DNA of 55,676 bases, counting the filler, from Sluysia triapertura (taxonomy: Eukaryota): assembly GCA_046118255.1 (NCBI GenBank). It is 4 parts of 4 records of this genome, joined end to end, with 100 filler letters (N's around TTAATTAATTAA, not from the genome) between each part and the next. Parts side by side here need not be neighbours in the genome. Positions count along the whole stretch, not along the records: positions 13,772 to 29,442 come from JBJNIA010222021.1; positions 29,543 to 44,486 come from JBJNIA010243657.1; 2 more parts are not named here. The stretch is one strand, 5' to 3'. Below, piece by piece: positions 25,014 through 39,205 of this stretch. Every line of letters starts with the position of its first letter. The stretch's first letter is position 1. The notes under the pieces were generated by a model, which made no database searches, had not been told where the DNA came from, and saw only the letters and a list, made by a program, of their open reading frames with translations. Position numbers and translations under genes: made by a program.

Positions 25014-27844
25014 GAGTATTTAGTTGCAGGTTTAAGTTTACCATTACAATTTGAAGAATTTGAATATTCACATGTCTTGTTTTTACCGATTATAAAATCC
25101 ACATTTTGCATATTGTTGCTATTTCGTGATGTTTGACGTTTCGATCTAACCAATGACAATGAGGTTACATCAATTTCGTATTCACAATCACTTCTATCGT
25201 AACATTCGGAATATGTCTGAATGATGTCATACAATATTTATTAATAATTTTTGAATAATTTAAGAAAATTTAGAAAAATATTTGTTTTAACAAATTAATT
25301 TGTTGTGAAACCTGCAGCAATTTCGAATGTATTAAAAAATTTAAAAAATTACTTATAGTTACAAACAATCATAAAAATTATTATATTAAATTAAATTCAT
25401 AGTATAAAATAATTATTATAAAATTTATTGAATAGAATAGTTATTAACTAGAGAAATTATTAATATTAGAATTTATAGTATAGTAAAATTTGGAATTACT
25501 GAAATAAATATTAACTATATAATTTATTAATTTTAGAATGAATATTATGGAATAAAATTTACAGTATATTGGAATTTATTATTGCAAATAGTATATAAGG
25601 ACCAACAAATTGCACTCATAACCATAATTATTATCAGATTTATATTGAAGTTATTGAAGGCTATTATTAGATTTCTTAAATTAAAACTTTAACTTAATTG
25701 AGAAGAAAGAGAATTCAACAATAAACTTATTGAATAAATTAATATAAAATAAAACTTAAAATCTCCATTAAATTATGTTAAACGTAGATATGTTAAACAA
25801 TTAGATATTTTAAGTTTTACAATTTTAAAGAATAGGGTTTAAGTAACAGAATAAATGTCAGTAGTAAATAATAAAGTAAAAGATAGACGTAAATCTAAAC
25901 CTAAGCACAAATTACAAAAGTTATAAAATAATTACAACAGTATGGTTGGAGACATTCAAGATTGTCGAAACCAAGTATTATGTGCATTTAATTTTCTTTT
26001 AGTTCCAATTTGGATTATTAATTTCAATACATGAAATTATAAAATGAAGCCTAGAATTCCTAAATAATTAAATATTAATTGTCTAACCTTCAAATCAGCA
26101 GCTGAATAACTCATTTCATTCACTTTATCTTTGCGAGATACAACTACAACATATTGAACACCTGGACCCAATGCACCGAAGGATAATTCAACGTATATTT
26201 GAGTTGAACCATCGAAATTATCTTTCAAATAATCTGGAATATTTTTGCTTAAACTTGTTATAACCTCTTTTTTCTCTGTTTCATTAATGCAAGAAGAAAC
26301 TAAAGAATAAATCAGTGTCATTAAAATGATAATTAAAACAATATGGGATTATAAGCGATAAATCCTCAAAATTACAATAAATAATTATAATTTTAAAAAC
26401 ATCTCATTAATATATTAAAATGTCTAAAATGAAAAAATAAATTAAAAATAAAATGTAAGACATACAAATAAGAACGTGCTGTACTAAATAGATAATAAAA
26501 AATAAGCACCGGACAACCAAAGAAATTTGCATTTTATCAAAATGGTATTAAAGAAATGAATATTAACCGACACAAACCAACAAATAACTAAAAAGTAAAT
26601 ATAAACAATACGGTCAGACAAATATTGTAACAGAAAATTAAATATATAGATGAAATTGACAATAATATCATAACATATATAATGAAATTAATTAAGTAGA
26701 GATTAACTAAAGAATAGAATTAAGAGCGATAAAAATATAATTCTAAGTGAAATATTTCATTTTACAATATTGTACAAATATTTTGTTCACAATAGTTATT
26801 TACTATGCAAATATTTTATAGTGTACAAATACAATATTCAGTCCGCTAAACTTAATTTTTATTAACTCGTCATATTTATACAGATTATTAAGTCATTGAT
26901 ACTACTTATAATCATCATCCTCGGTAAGAATCTTCGATGATAACTTACCAATTAAAGTTTAATTTATAAAAATTTTTGGCCAAGTTTTCTTTAACATGTT
27001 AAGCTGAATAAGTTTATATTATAAAATTATTATTATTCATCTGCTCGATTTATTTAAAATATATATTAACTTGTAAGAAACTTTTGTGAAAACTATTGAG
27101 ACAGTATTTCTATCTCTTCCACCAGAGACAAATATAACTAAATCAATTGTAAGTAATAACAAGTTAGCTTGATTGATACAACGTATAGGATTTACAATTC
27201 ATAAAATTAATCATCAAAGTTTAAAGTTAAATATTCGAAAAAAATCGCTAGTATTAACTTGAATAATTTCCATTATAATTTAAGTAATAAATTATAACTT
27301 AAAATAAATTTTATAAAACTAAAATTCAAAAGAAACAACCTGCAATATTTTGCCTGAAATTGAGAAATGTTTCCAATTTTGGAAGAGAATGGTGGAAAAC
27401 AAAAATCAAATGCGGTAAACTAAAAGTATAATTAGCAAATGGAAGCACTGTAAGAGCTAAAAAATCATATGATTTTAGTGAAAAAGAAATTCCATCAAGA
27501 ATAAATCAATAGAGACATTAAATGATTATACATGTTGATTAAGCATAATATTATAGGAAAAATAAATTTAAAAAATTAATATTAAAAGTAAAATATATTA
27601 AATTACGCATAGCCCTCTTTTATGATACAATGTATTTACATATCAATTTCTATTCTTTGGATAAATAAACTTTAGTAAGTTAAACAACCATTTACTTTAG
27701 GACAAAGTTTTGAGATTTAATTTAACTAAAAGCATAAGCACTCTATCTTTCTCATCAGAAACCAATAGAATTTAATAAGCAAAATAAAAGCTGCTCGTTG
27801 ATGTATATCTAAAGTAATAAATATATTTTATATAATTTTATTAC

Positions 27845-27922
<78 letters not shown>

Positions 27923-28499
27923 ATTTATCAAATGTGGCTTCTTTTCCAAAACCCTTAATGGTACCAACAGACAGCTACAATAGAAAATGAATATAATTCC
28001 TACAAATTACATTATATTACTTGGCAAGTGTACCAGGAACACGGATTCGATTTAATTAGAGGAATATAAATCGTTCCTCGTTCATATACTTTTATATTAT
28101 TAATAATTTCCGTTGTCGAATTCTCTGTACATTTTATCATGTATTTTGTCAATATACCATTTGGAAATTGTGGCGGCGACCAATCACATGATAAATGTGT
28201 TTTGTTTATTAAGCAGTTGAATGAATTCGGAGAACCTGGTTCTATAATATCAACGTAAAATATGATATAAAATTAAACACACTATCTTCATCGGTTTGAA
28301 CAACAAATAACTGTGGTGCTGACCATCCATAAGTGTTGATAGATGTTATATATACACTGTAATTTGTATATGGTTTTATTATGTTTTCATCATTGATTGT
28401 AAATAATAAATTCGTATCTAATCTTTTAAAATGCGAAGAATATTTTTCCATTAGAGGGCATTCGGTGAGATCGACTCGATTGTTTGTTCCCATTGGATT
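25014..28499 (-). CDS. FN3-repeat ectodomain of a receptor protein tyrosine phosphatase-like protein, partial; exons 28499-28283, 28241-28021, 27974-27923, 26299-26088, 25216-25014
   Basis: GT-AG, phase-compatible exons. FN3 motifs IKPYTNYSVYITSINTYGWS and WSPPQFPNGILTKY. Membrane-proximal FIIGKNKTC...CNGKLKPATKY is typical of R3-type RPTPs, and there is an RSKR furin-type site. TM and PTP domains are not seen in the window. Confidence 0.75.
27846..27920. repeat. (AAT)n microsatellite in intron
   Basis: Read directly. Confidence 0.95.
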
Positions 28500-29442
28500 C
28501 TGAAATATCAATTTAAAACTGATAAAATGTGCCCAGTAAACATTATAAATACACCCTATGTATATGATTTATTAGATTGTAGTAAACATACAAATTGTTT
28601 TAAATATTACTGTGTTACGCCTTTAATTTTTAAACATTTACTGATCATTGCCAATGTCATTTCAATAAAACAAAAAATTACCTACGAAGAAAATGATCCA
28701 TACAGAAACAATCTGGATGAAATAATTGAATGTGAAGTCACTGCACATAAGATAGGTTATTTTCATTTCGTTTCTGCTTATTAAATTAGAGCATTTATCG
28801 TGAAAATTAGTTCTGAACAAAGTCTTTCATTACAGAGATTGGAGTGCAAACTTTATTATTTGTTTATTCAACAAAAATATAAAACAATGACACCAAATAT
28901 AATACAATTTAATTAGGAATACTATGTGTAATTAGGTTTATATTAATAATTTTATAAAATTCTTTTATTTTAATGAGAATTAAATTTATTAAATTTAATT
29001 TACTAAATTTACTCAGAAATTAATTAATCCTAGCACAAAAGTATATTTTATGTAGTACTTTTTACTTGTATTATGCTATGAACAATAAATTCTTAAATTC
29101 AATTCTAAAGTCAATTTCTCTTTATGGTTAATTTCAATTACATGGCAATTTCATCTATACACAATATTCGTTTGGTGTCGTATTATAATTTTTTTATTCT
29201 TTCATGTACATTACTTAGTGGTTATATGCTGGTTTATTTTTCTTATAAATTTATTTTATTCTAAATTTATTATTTTGTTACAATGATAATGATTTAATAA
29301 TATTCCAACAAAAATATTCGAAAATATTATCAATGATACAATTATTCAAAAAATTTATTCAATAAATAGACAAAATAATACTTATGACTATTTTCTTTTA
29401 TTATTACCACCGTATATGGAAGATTATTGTGTTATGTTTTTT

Positions 29443-29542
29443 NNNNNNNNNNNNNNNNNNNNNNNNNNNNNNNNNNNNNNNNNNNNTTAATTAATTAANN
29501 NNNNNNNNNNNNNNNNNNNNNNNNNNNNNNNNNNNNNNNNNN
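29443..29542. other. Artificial contig linker
   Basis: 44 N + TTAATTAATTAA + 44 N. Confidence 0.97.
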
Positions 29543-30299
29543 TTTACTTCAAGAAGGTATCCTTAGTAAAATTTTATTTTTTTATTTTTAATTCGTTGAC
29601 ATTATTTAATTTAGATAATCTCAGAGAAGGTTTCATTTCACGTGGCAAGACGCGACAATAAACTCGACACGTTCGAAAGTTATAATCAATGAAGGATTAA
29701 AATTTAAATGTTTAATATTTAATCTAAATTTTAATTCAATAAATTTTTTCTTTTATATGACTTGTAATTATTCGTTTGAGTGTTTATGCAAAAATATGAA
29801 GAGATTTAAAGTAAATGTTTTCAAATTAAAGACAATAAGTAAAAGTTATGAATCAACAGATAAACGATTTGTCGTTAACGATTTCATTGAACATAATTTT
29901 GAAATACGTAGTGAATAAAATGCAACCTTTTAATGATAAAGTTATGGTCATAGAGTTGTATACAGCCATCAAATTTATCATGTCAAACTACAATACAACT
30001 AATAACACCTCAAATAGTTGTAAACAATCCAAATCAAATACCCTAAAAAAATATCAAACTTTAAGAGGTTTCATTTAATAAGAAACCCGAATAAAATCAG
30101 TAACCACACGTTTTCATTTAAAAAGAAAACGTAATAAAATATTTTAGCGGTTTTGTTGGGATTGCCCAACTGTAGATCAGAAGATAAGTAAGAAACATAT
30201 AGAACTAAAAAATGAAGGAAAAACTGATACAAACTGATGGATTAAACATGATAAACATTGTTGGAATAAGAATCATCTATATAATGTTAACAGTTAAAT

Positions 30300-31400
30300 A
30301 ATACCTTGGAGTTCCAAAGACCTATATAAGGGTTTGAGACTTCATGGAAGCTTAAGATGGATTAAGGTACTATGGTACTTTTGAATTTTTAGACCATTTA
30401 AGACCTTAGTAACCTTTAAGTATTCTTGTAACATTGGTAAGCATTTGAGATCCTTTAGTAACCTTATAAAGTATTTAAAATCTTTAAAATATTTTAGAAA
30501 TAAAATCATTGTTATTGGTATTAAAGATAAGTCTATTATAGTAATAATTAATATAAAGAAGTAGAAAAAGGAAACAGGGATGTGAAGGTGAAAACATCTA
30601 GATCCTCCCGAATGCCTTATGAACTATTAAATAACTTTAGGACCTTAATAAAATCCTTTAAACATAAAATACAATTAAGTCTAAAAATAGATTAATTATT
30701 TAAAATATTAATTAACTTAATTAATATGTTTATGTGAATAATTTTGAATGCGGAATGCTACATTAAATTTGAAATTGTGTACGTATTTGTTTTAAAACGA
30801 TATGGTTTCGGTGAACATATGGTTTGACCAAGTTCGTGTAAAATTGAGCAGAACAATTTTTAACTAATTCTTAATTATGAAATGTTTAATTTTTTATTCT
30901 TAGAATGATGAAAATATAATAAATTGAATATGATATGGTTGCTATGGAAGAGGAGAATCTAGAAGTGAGTTTTAAGTGTTTGTAGAATGGTTTGTTTGAG
31001 AATAAGAACCTTAAACATTTTTCATTAAAAATTTGGTGTGATAAATTGAAAATCAATTAAATCCTAAAAAGCGAAATTAAATTATGTATGTTAACAATAA
31101 TAATGACTATTATTTTAATGTGAAAAGTAATTTAAGTAAAATTGACTGAGCAGAGTAAAGTAAAATAATTGATAGTCGTAAATCAATTTTTTGTTTTTGT
31201 ATCTAATAAAGTTTGACAATGTGTACCAAAGTTATTGTCGGATTAATTCATAAATAATGTTGCAGCGATTTGTGTGAGAGAGTGCTTAATCAAACAATTT
31301 GGGAACGATTGGATGATGAATACCAAAAAATGTACTTCGCATAAACACAACAATAACAACAATAATTAGTAATGCGAATGAGAAGATCCATGCTTTAAGT
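30300..31400 (+). repeat. ~1.1-kb repeat family, copy C (inverted relative to A and B)
   Basis: TTGAATGCGGAATGCTA (30744), ATGGAAGAGGAGAATC and AAAGTTATTGTCGG are reverse complements of landmarks in copies A and B. Confidence 0.8.
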
Positions 31401-33549
31401 AATTTTGAATTTATTTTATAATAATGTAAAGAATAAAATCAAATATTTTTAACTTGTAAATAATTTTTAATTTTAATTTTATTTCTAAATTCGTAGAAAT
31501 TTTACTTTTTAATAAAATAATTATTTGTAAATTTGTATAATTTAATTCTAATAAGAACTTACATATTTTATACTTTAACTTATAAAAGAATTATATTTTA
31601 ATGGACACATAAAAGAATTCATGTAAATTTAATGCCATCAAAAATAATAAAATAATTATAAAATAACTATAAAATTTTTTCTCATAAAAAACAGTTAGCA
31701 TATATAAAGGGGTTGTTTGTGTGGAATTTTGAGAATAATCAAGAGCACTATTTTGAAAGTTAATCGAAAGGATATTCATTTAAAATTTTTCGTGGAATCC
31801 GATCATTGGATATTAATTTAAATTACTAGATATTGATTTTCATTGGAATCTTTTGGTACAAATTTGATCAATTGGTATTTCGTAATTCAGAGATATTTAA
31901 ATTTTTGGAGTCATTAATCAAGGATTGAGAAATTTATAATTTGGGACATATTGAAATCTGAGAATGCGTAAGTTGATAATTATTAGGCTTCCACACTGAT
32001 AAACTTTGTGTTAAAATCAGACGTAAAATTTTATAAATCTATTGCCAAGTATCATACATACCTGGCTCAATTAAATTTATAAATTTTAACATCAAATAAA
32101 GCTTAAAATCTTTTTTTAAAACAATATTATTATATTATATATTATTTTTAATTGTATATTATTCGTTTAATTTTTTCGTTCGTTTTGTATAATAAAAATT
32201 TAGTGTTTCGTAATTTTGTTTATTTGCAGCATAATCTAAAGAGATTTAACATTAACAAGAGAGATTTAGCACTAAGCGTATTAAGAATTTAAATATAACT
32301 ATTTACTCCTCATTAAAAGGGAAATATCGAGTCAATAGTAAAATTTTGAGTACGTTAAAGTAACATTTAAATATTAAGTTAATTGCGAAATTTAAAGATA
32401 TAAGTAAGATTTCTAAGGAAAGAGAAGGTTATTTAAAGGATTCACTTATTTATAAGACACTGACCCTCGCTGTTCTTTTGATTTTAAGGTACGTTAATTA
32501 TCAAATCTGTAGTTGCGTCCTCGCCCAGATATAAAGCGCAATATACAAACGAACCCGTTATTTTTGAAAAATCATAATTGTTAGTTTTTATTCAGAAGAA
32601 ACCTAACAGTTATATTAATGATATGAATCGTTCAAGTCGTGTACTTTATAAAAACTGAATATATTGTAAAAGTGTTACTGGAGAATCATTTATGTTGCAT
32701 CAAATTAGGAAATTGATTGGACATTGTATTGTAATTAAGTAGAGATATTGTAATAAAAACATGATCGACATGGCTCTTTCAAACCTGTAAAGTAAGCATT
32801 CCTCGTGTTTCTGGTTTAGGATTAATACTAGAAAAATGGTTTAAAGAAAATGGATCCTTCTCTCATCAATGCACATAGCTTTCACAAGATACCAAAATTC
32901 ATTGTAATCATGAAATTACCCAAATAAGCATATAAAAAATAATAGTATTGGTAATTTGTTATATTTTGATAATAATCAGCTTTCAAATTAACTGTACAAT
33001 TCTATAAACCATTAAGATTTTAAAATTAAAAAAAATGTTTTGTAACGTAGGGTAAACTGTACACACTACATATATTCACCTTTTCTTGTGACCTATTTTA
33101 TCTGCTAAAGTTCTCACACATATACTAAACACCATACTTGAAACAAACACAGACATTTTGTAACATCTATATAAAGCATAAGCACATAATCCGTGTACAC
33201 ACAACAGTGTAAATAATTTGCAAGTTTTTTAAAGAAATTATGATCATGTGATGATTTTACCTTTTGATAGGTATCAAAAAGGGAAACATGACACACAAAA
33301 ACAATAAGAATTGAAACATAATAGTTCATTTTTAAAAATTAAGATTAGTAAGTTAAAAGAACAACAATATGCTAACAATAATTTTAATAATAACGTGGAA
33401 TGATTGTAACGTTTATAATATTATACAAATAGTGTTTGTTTTATATACGTTGTTTGATGAATTGATATTTTCTGCAAGATTGTGTTGAAGTTTTGTTTTG
33501 TGTTGGACTGTGTTAATGTTTGCCTATGATTGTGTTTATAATTTTGAGC

Positions 33550-33900
33550 CAACCAGAGAGAATTTAACTACATTTACAATGTTTATAGGATTTGGTTTGA
33601 TCCCATCCCTTGACACTGTGTATTCTAAGAATTCATCTTGTTTCTCTACCCAAATGCACTTTGTAGGTTTTATATTTAACCTAGCACATTTTTTTATATG
33701 GGTTTCGAAGTCTTTCGAAAAAATTATTATGTTGTAATTATATATATCATAACATAATATGAAAGTCTAGGTAGCATTTTTTTTCGCAGTTATACAATTC
33801 GTCACAATTTTGCAAATCGAAAGTAGAAAAGATGCATAGCATTTCCTAATTTTCTTAACATCACATCTATTCTCGGCAGTGGAAAAACATTCTTTCTGTG
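33550..33900 (-). mobile_element. Decayed Ty3/Gypsy RT fragment with internal deletions
   Basis: Reads KNVFPLPRIDVMLRKLGNA...DLQN, then NIIIFSKDFETHI and RLNIKPTKCIW...EFLEYTVSRDGIKPNP; parallels the RT at 53.8-54.4 kb. Confidence 0.8.
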
Positions 33901-34330
33901 ATTTTATTTAACCACATGATTTTTTATAATTAACCCTTTAACGAAGGATATATAATTAATAAAAAAGCCGCTCATAGGCAAAAAACCAAAAAATTTTGAA
34001 TGCTTATAGAAAATTTTTTGTTGTATTTGAAATTTTTCTACAAATAGTTTTATGAACTATTAATTTTTTTAATTTTCTTATTAAAAGAATAATGGAAAAA
34101 TGTTATAGAAACGTTCAGTAATTGATTTTTTAAATTTAGGGAAGAATTTTTTGTACAAAAAAATTTAAATAGTAATAAAACATGGTACACGTACGTATGA
34201 ACTGAATTATTATTATAATAAATCAGATTTTCTACAAAAAAATGTCTTATTTATTATTAGAATATTTTATTACAATATAAAATTAATAATTTTGATTAGA
34301 TCGATGTTTTATTTAATATATAAATTTCAG

Positions 34331-37300
34331 GATTAGGTTTTGCCATGTTGTTAGTATCATTTGTCGTTGGTATTTACTATAATGTGATAATTGCTTGGTC
34401 GATTTACTACTTCTTTATATCATTTACTAGTAGATTGCCGTGGACAGATTGTAAAAATCCTTGGAACGATTTATTATGTATAACTGATTTTAAAAACAGT
34501 AAGTTACCAATATACTTATTACCTAAACTAAAAATAAAAATAATATAGAGTGAAAATAACATGTTAACAATAATTTTTAATGTGTTTTATTATATATTTA
34601 ATTACAATTTTAAATTTTTTAATTTGAGGTACATATATCATTTTAATTACACACTCATTGAAGATTATTTTTAGCAACTACTACTCCATGTTCCGATACA
34701 GTACATGTAAACTGCACATATTTTGAAGTGCCATCAGAACAATATTGGCAGTAAGATTTGCTTTTTTATTAATTGGTTTCAATTTATATTTATTTAGTCG
34801 TGTTGCACTTGGTGTTCACAGTAAAGAAAAAGGTATTTTACAAATGTCGCCCAATATGGGAAATGTTCAGTGGCACTTATGTCTTTGTAATTTAATTGCA
34901 TGGATAATTTGTATTGCTGCGCTTGTTAAAGGAATTAAATCTTCTGGAAAGGTATATTTTTAAATTTGATGGAATGTAAGCACAAATCGAGGGTAAAAAT
35001 TGCGATACGACTGCATAAAATAAGAGTTAGTTCTCTGTTGATGGTCTAGGTAATCGTGTCGTTGAATCAGGATTAGCTAATTTAGTGTTTCCTATTAATT
35101 TTAATGAAATTAACGGTTTGAAGCTCATGAGACATTCTGAAATATTACATAAATAAATTAGAGCTATTTTATCAACAGTTTCAGTATCCGTAATTTCACC
35201 ATAGGAATCATTATTAAGTATTGCATAATCACTACTAAACTTTATAAATGTTAGATAATATTCATCAATTTTAAATATATTAATAAAAATTTAAATAATT
35301 ATTTAAAAAAATTCAATTTTTCAAAATTCTAAATCTAAAATCCACTTAATTTAAATTTCTTAAAATTTAAAATTATTGTCATTATAATGCTTTTAAATTG
35401 AGATTTAATAGAACTAATATGAATTTAAAATTTAGTAGCAAATATTAATTAGTTTCAAATCAAAACCTAATAAACAGTTATTTTAAAATGAGATTCTGTA
35501 AAGAAAATATGAAATCAAACTTTAAAACACAAAATCTAAGTAAAACTATTTTAATACATAAATTGAGATTGAATAAGACTAGTATGTAATTAAAAATTAA
35601 CATCATTCTCGATCAAAATTAACTTAAATTAAAGATTGGGCAGAACAAAGAGAATAATATGATATCAAATTTAAAAGCATTATAATCGAGAAAAACCATA
35701 TAAAAATAAGAATGAATATAAATTGTATGTAATAAAAATTTAATAACACATCTACAAATGTGAATATTTAGGCTGAGAGCATTATTATTACTAGTACATA
35801 TTTATTACTTATTAACAAATTAATTTATCTACTATATTTATTAACAAACTTTATTATGAAAATAAATGTTCCATTTTACTCGTTACAAGTTAATTTATGT
35901 ATGCATCATTTATGTACCATTTAATATTATCATCAATGTAAAAAATTATTAAATTATTATTTACATAACTACATAATGAAATTATTATACATAAAATTTA
36001 AATAAATAATTAATATTAGAATGTAATATAAATATTACTAATTCCACAATTTTTTGCACAAAAAGGAGAAGTATTGTTGGAAATTTTAGAGATATCATTT
36101 GGAATTTGCAATTTAATACACGAAAAGGAGGACTATTGTTGGGAATTTTAGAGATGTCATTAACACTCAGAAGCTAAAGATACAAATTATCATTAAATAT
36201 ATCGAAGTTTTAACTACCAAAACATTATTTATTGCACTTTCAATTTAAAGTTACGATAAATATATATATTTAAAAAATTGTTTTCCTCAACTTTATTATT
36301 ATTGTATAAAGTTTTAAAAATTACTGTAAACATTTATTTAAACAACTGTCTTCATTTATTATTATTAACATTATTATTACTAATTTTATATAAAGTGTTT
36401 AAATAATAAATTTTTTGAAGTTGATTCTTTTTTATTGGAAACAGTGCTCCAAAGAGAGAATAAAAACACGTCAAATTTGAAAAAACATTTGTTTTATAGT
36501 GCTTAAAGTTAAATTAGAGTACTGTCACTAAATAAAGTAGAATTCGATCAAAACCAAAACTTACTTTCGCGTTTCCATTTCATGTCATCGAAACGAATAT
36601 CCGATCTCACACTTCTAGATAAGTTGAATGCAAAGCATAAATATTATTTATAAAATATAACGACAAATATTTTGTAAGACATAAGATAAAATAATTCCTA
36701 GGAGGATCTAAGTTGTTATCGAAGAATAATAATACAAGCAAAGACATTTAGATTGTTAGATTAGTAAAATTTAAGAAGCCATTCAGAAATATTAAAAAAG
36801 TAATAACAATTTGTGATTTTTACATTAAAGAATTTTGAGTTTGACAGTTAAAATTGAATCTTATTTGAAACAAGGAGTTTACAAGGATTATTAGTATTTA
36901 TAAATTATTAGTATAAAATAAGAATTATTATAATTACGTATAAAACCTACAGAACGTAAGAGAGAATTCAAAGACATTCAAGTTTTGAAAAGAATAACAC
37001 ATAATATATACATTTGGTTAAATTTTACACATATAGAAAGTCAACATAAATTAACATTATTGATATCTGAGTGTCACTGCTTTATCATTTCCTTCCAATT
37101 ACATATTTTTGGTTTTACTGGTCGCATTTCAACAGTATCAATCTGACGATACAATGTGTTATTTTCCACATAATTACAAGAGTATTTTTATTTTTATACT
37201 ACAAGATATAGCAACTTAGAAATAAGCAATCCAATTAATCATTAATAGCATTGATAACATCACTTTCATTTAAAGTAAGATATGATGTTCCTGTATGTTT

Positions 37301-39150
37301 GAGCAATTGTTCCAATAGCGACTTTCTTGTTTGAACTCGATTACAATTCAATTTCAGTTCTTCGATTGGTTGATTAATTTCCTCAATATCTTTTTCTAAA
37401 TCTATTAATTTATTTGTAATATCTTCATTCAATAAATGGTTAATATCAGTAGGTATGTGGTTGTTCAAACCTAACATTCAAAATTTTTACAAATACAAAT
37501 AGATCACAAATAGCATATAGATTTAGTACATCAACTCAAAAACCATTTAAAGCTTAAACTATACAGTTTTTGTAACAATGGAATTTCTTTAAAAATATTC
37601 TCAATTCTTCCTAACCTTCTATCATATTTACATCTCATTTCTTTTAACACTTGTGCCAACAGGAATTTCACCTATCTTCTACTTTGAAATTTTTACACTA
37701 CATTAAAGAGTGTTTCATTGAATAATATCTGTTAACTCAAAAAACATTACATTCGGGATAATTTATGGTTAGAAAGTATGATGAAGAATCAGATAATGAT
37801 GAAAATTTTGAGGCGAATTATTATTGGTTTTGAAACAAATGCTAAATAACTTTTTGTCAATGATGCACAATTTATTGCTGTATGAAAAAGAAGATAAGTT
37901 GACCATAATGCGAGCAAAGAATTATTTTGTAGTTATAAAACCATTACTTTATTGTGAATGAGATAGAATTAAATTAACAGCGCTTCTGTTTATCGCATAC
38001 GTTGCTGTTGAGTCAGAAAATTCGTTATATTTATCAGATCAAAGTTGTCTTGTGTATTTGTTGCAGTTATTGGAAAAAACATTGAAAATTATTAATCAGA
38101 GATCTTGTGGATTGTCAGCTTTAGAGATAGAAAAATTATCAAAAAAATGAAAATAAAATTTTACAATGTTCAGAGTATATAAAGTTAATTCTACTTTGAA
38201 TAAGTTTCTGAAATCATCAAATATTTTTGTAATGTTACACTGTTTTTCTCCCAAAATCCAATTAAATTAACTGGATTAAATGTCGAAGAAAAAGAATTCA
38301 AAATTCCTAATACCGAAGAACTTGGGAAGGAGATTTTATTATCATCTAAAAATAAACCACATGATCAATATTTCTATGTTTATTTGGAAATGAATTCTAA
38401 AGAAGAGATAAATTTTTGTAAGAGATAAATTTTTTCCCACAATTATTGTACATAATTCAATTCGTAATTTAAGTGTTTTAGGTGGAAATTGTTATTGAAT
38501 ATTTAAAATATTTCATACTGCAACAAGTTTAGGATTTAAACCAAACATTTATGCTTCGTCATTTAAAAGTGTTTCTACTGAATTATTAAAAAACGTAACT
38601 GTTTGTACTTTTATATTGACAACTTATGAAAATAATATTCGTCTACTTTATCCAATGAAATGTTTTAGTATATGAAAAAAACTTGTTCATATGGAAGTTG
38701 ATATGAATTTTGGTTTTATTGAAATATTACTTAAACTTTTTTCTGCAGCAAACTTAATTCGAGAAGCATTTTTGGTTATGGATCATTATTTAATATATAA
38801 TTCATCAATATTAACTATGGTTAATACAGTTTTAAAATATTGTCATACATCTTCAGATAAAGGACTTAATTTAGCGCTAACGTGTTATCACAAATTTTTC
38901 CAATCAAAAAAATATAAAATAACTCCAGATATTTTTACTTTTAAAACAATGCTTGGTATTATTTCTCAGTGTCAATCTGAAACTGATTCAAAATCTCTGG
39001 AATTGTTTGAAAAATATGATTTGTTATCCAAACCCCGATGTAAAATTTCGGTTGCTAGATTCTGATGAACTGGAAAGAGACTTTTACAATAACGTAATAA
39101 TCATATTTATGTTGAAGAAATTCTCGAACAAAATCATCCAGAAACCATGC

Positions 39151-39205
<55 letters not shown>

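Noticed and set aside
28682-28865. Additional upstream exon of the FN3/RPTP gene
   Set aside because: A donor is present, but the translation is not FN3-like and its phase does not match the 28499 acceptor.
31591-32100. Non-standard genetic code explaining sparse in-frame stops in orphan frames
   Set aside because: Conserved exons (SLC6, ALDH4A1, FN3, AstC) translate without internal stops in the standard code, and all three stop types plus frameshifts occur, consistent with pseudogene decay.
33930-33950. piggyBac-like ends TTAA-CCCTTTAACG (also TTAA-CCCCTTGAGTCC at 48975 and CAGGG-TTAA at ~9256)
   Set aside because: No matching partner end was found, so no element can be delimited.
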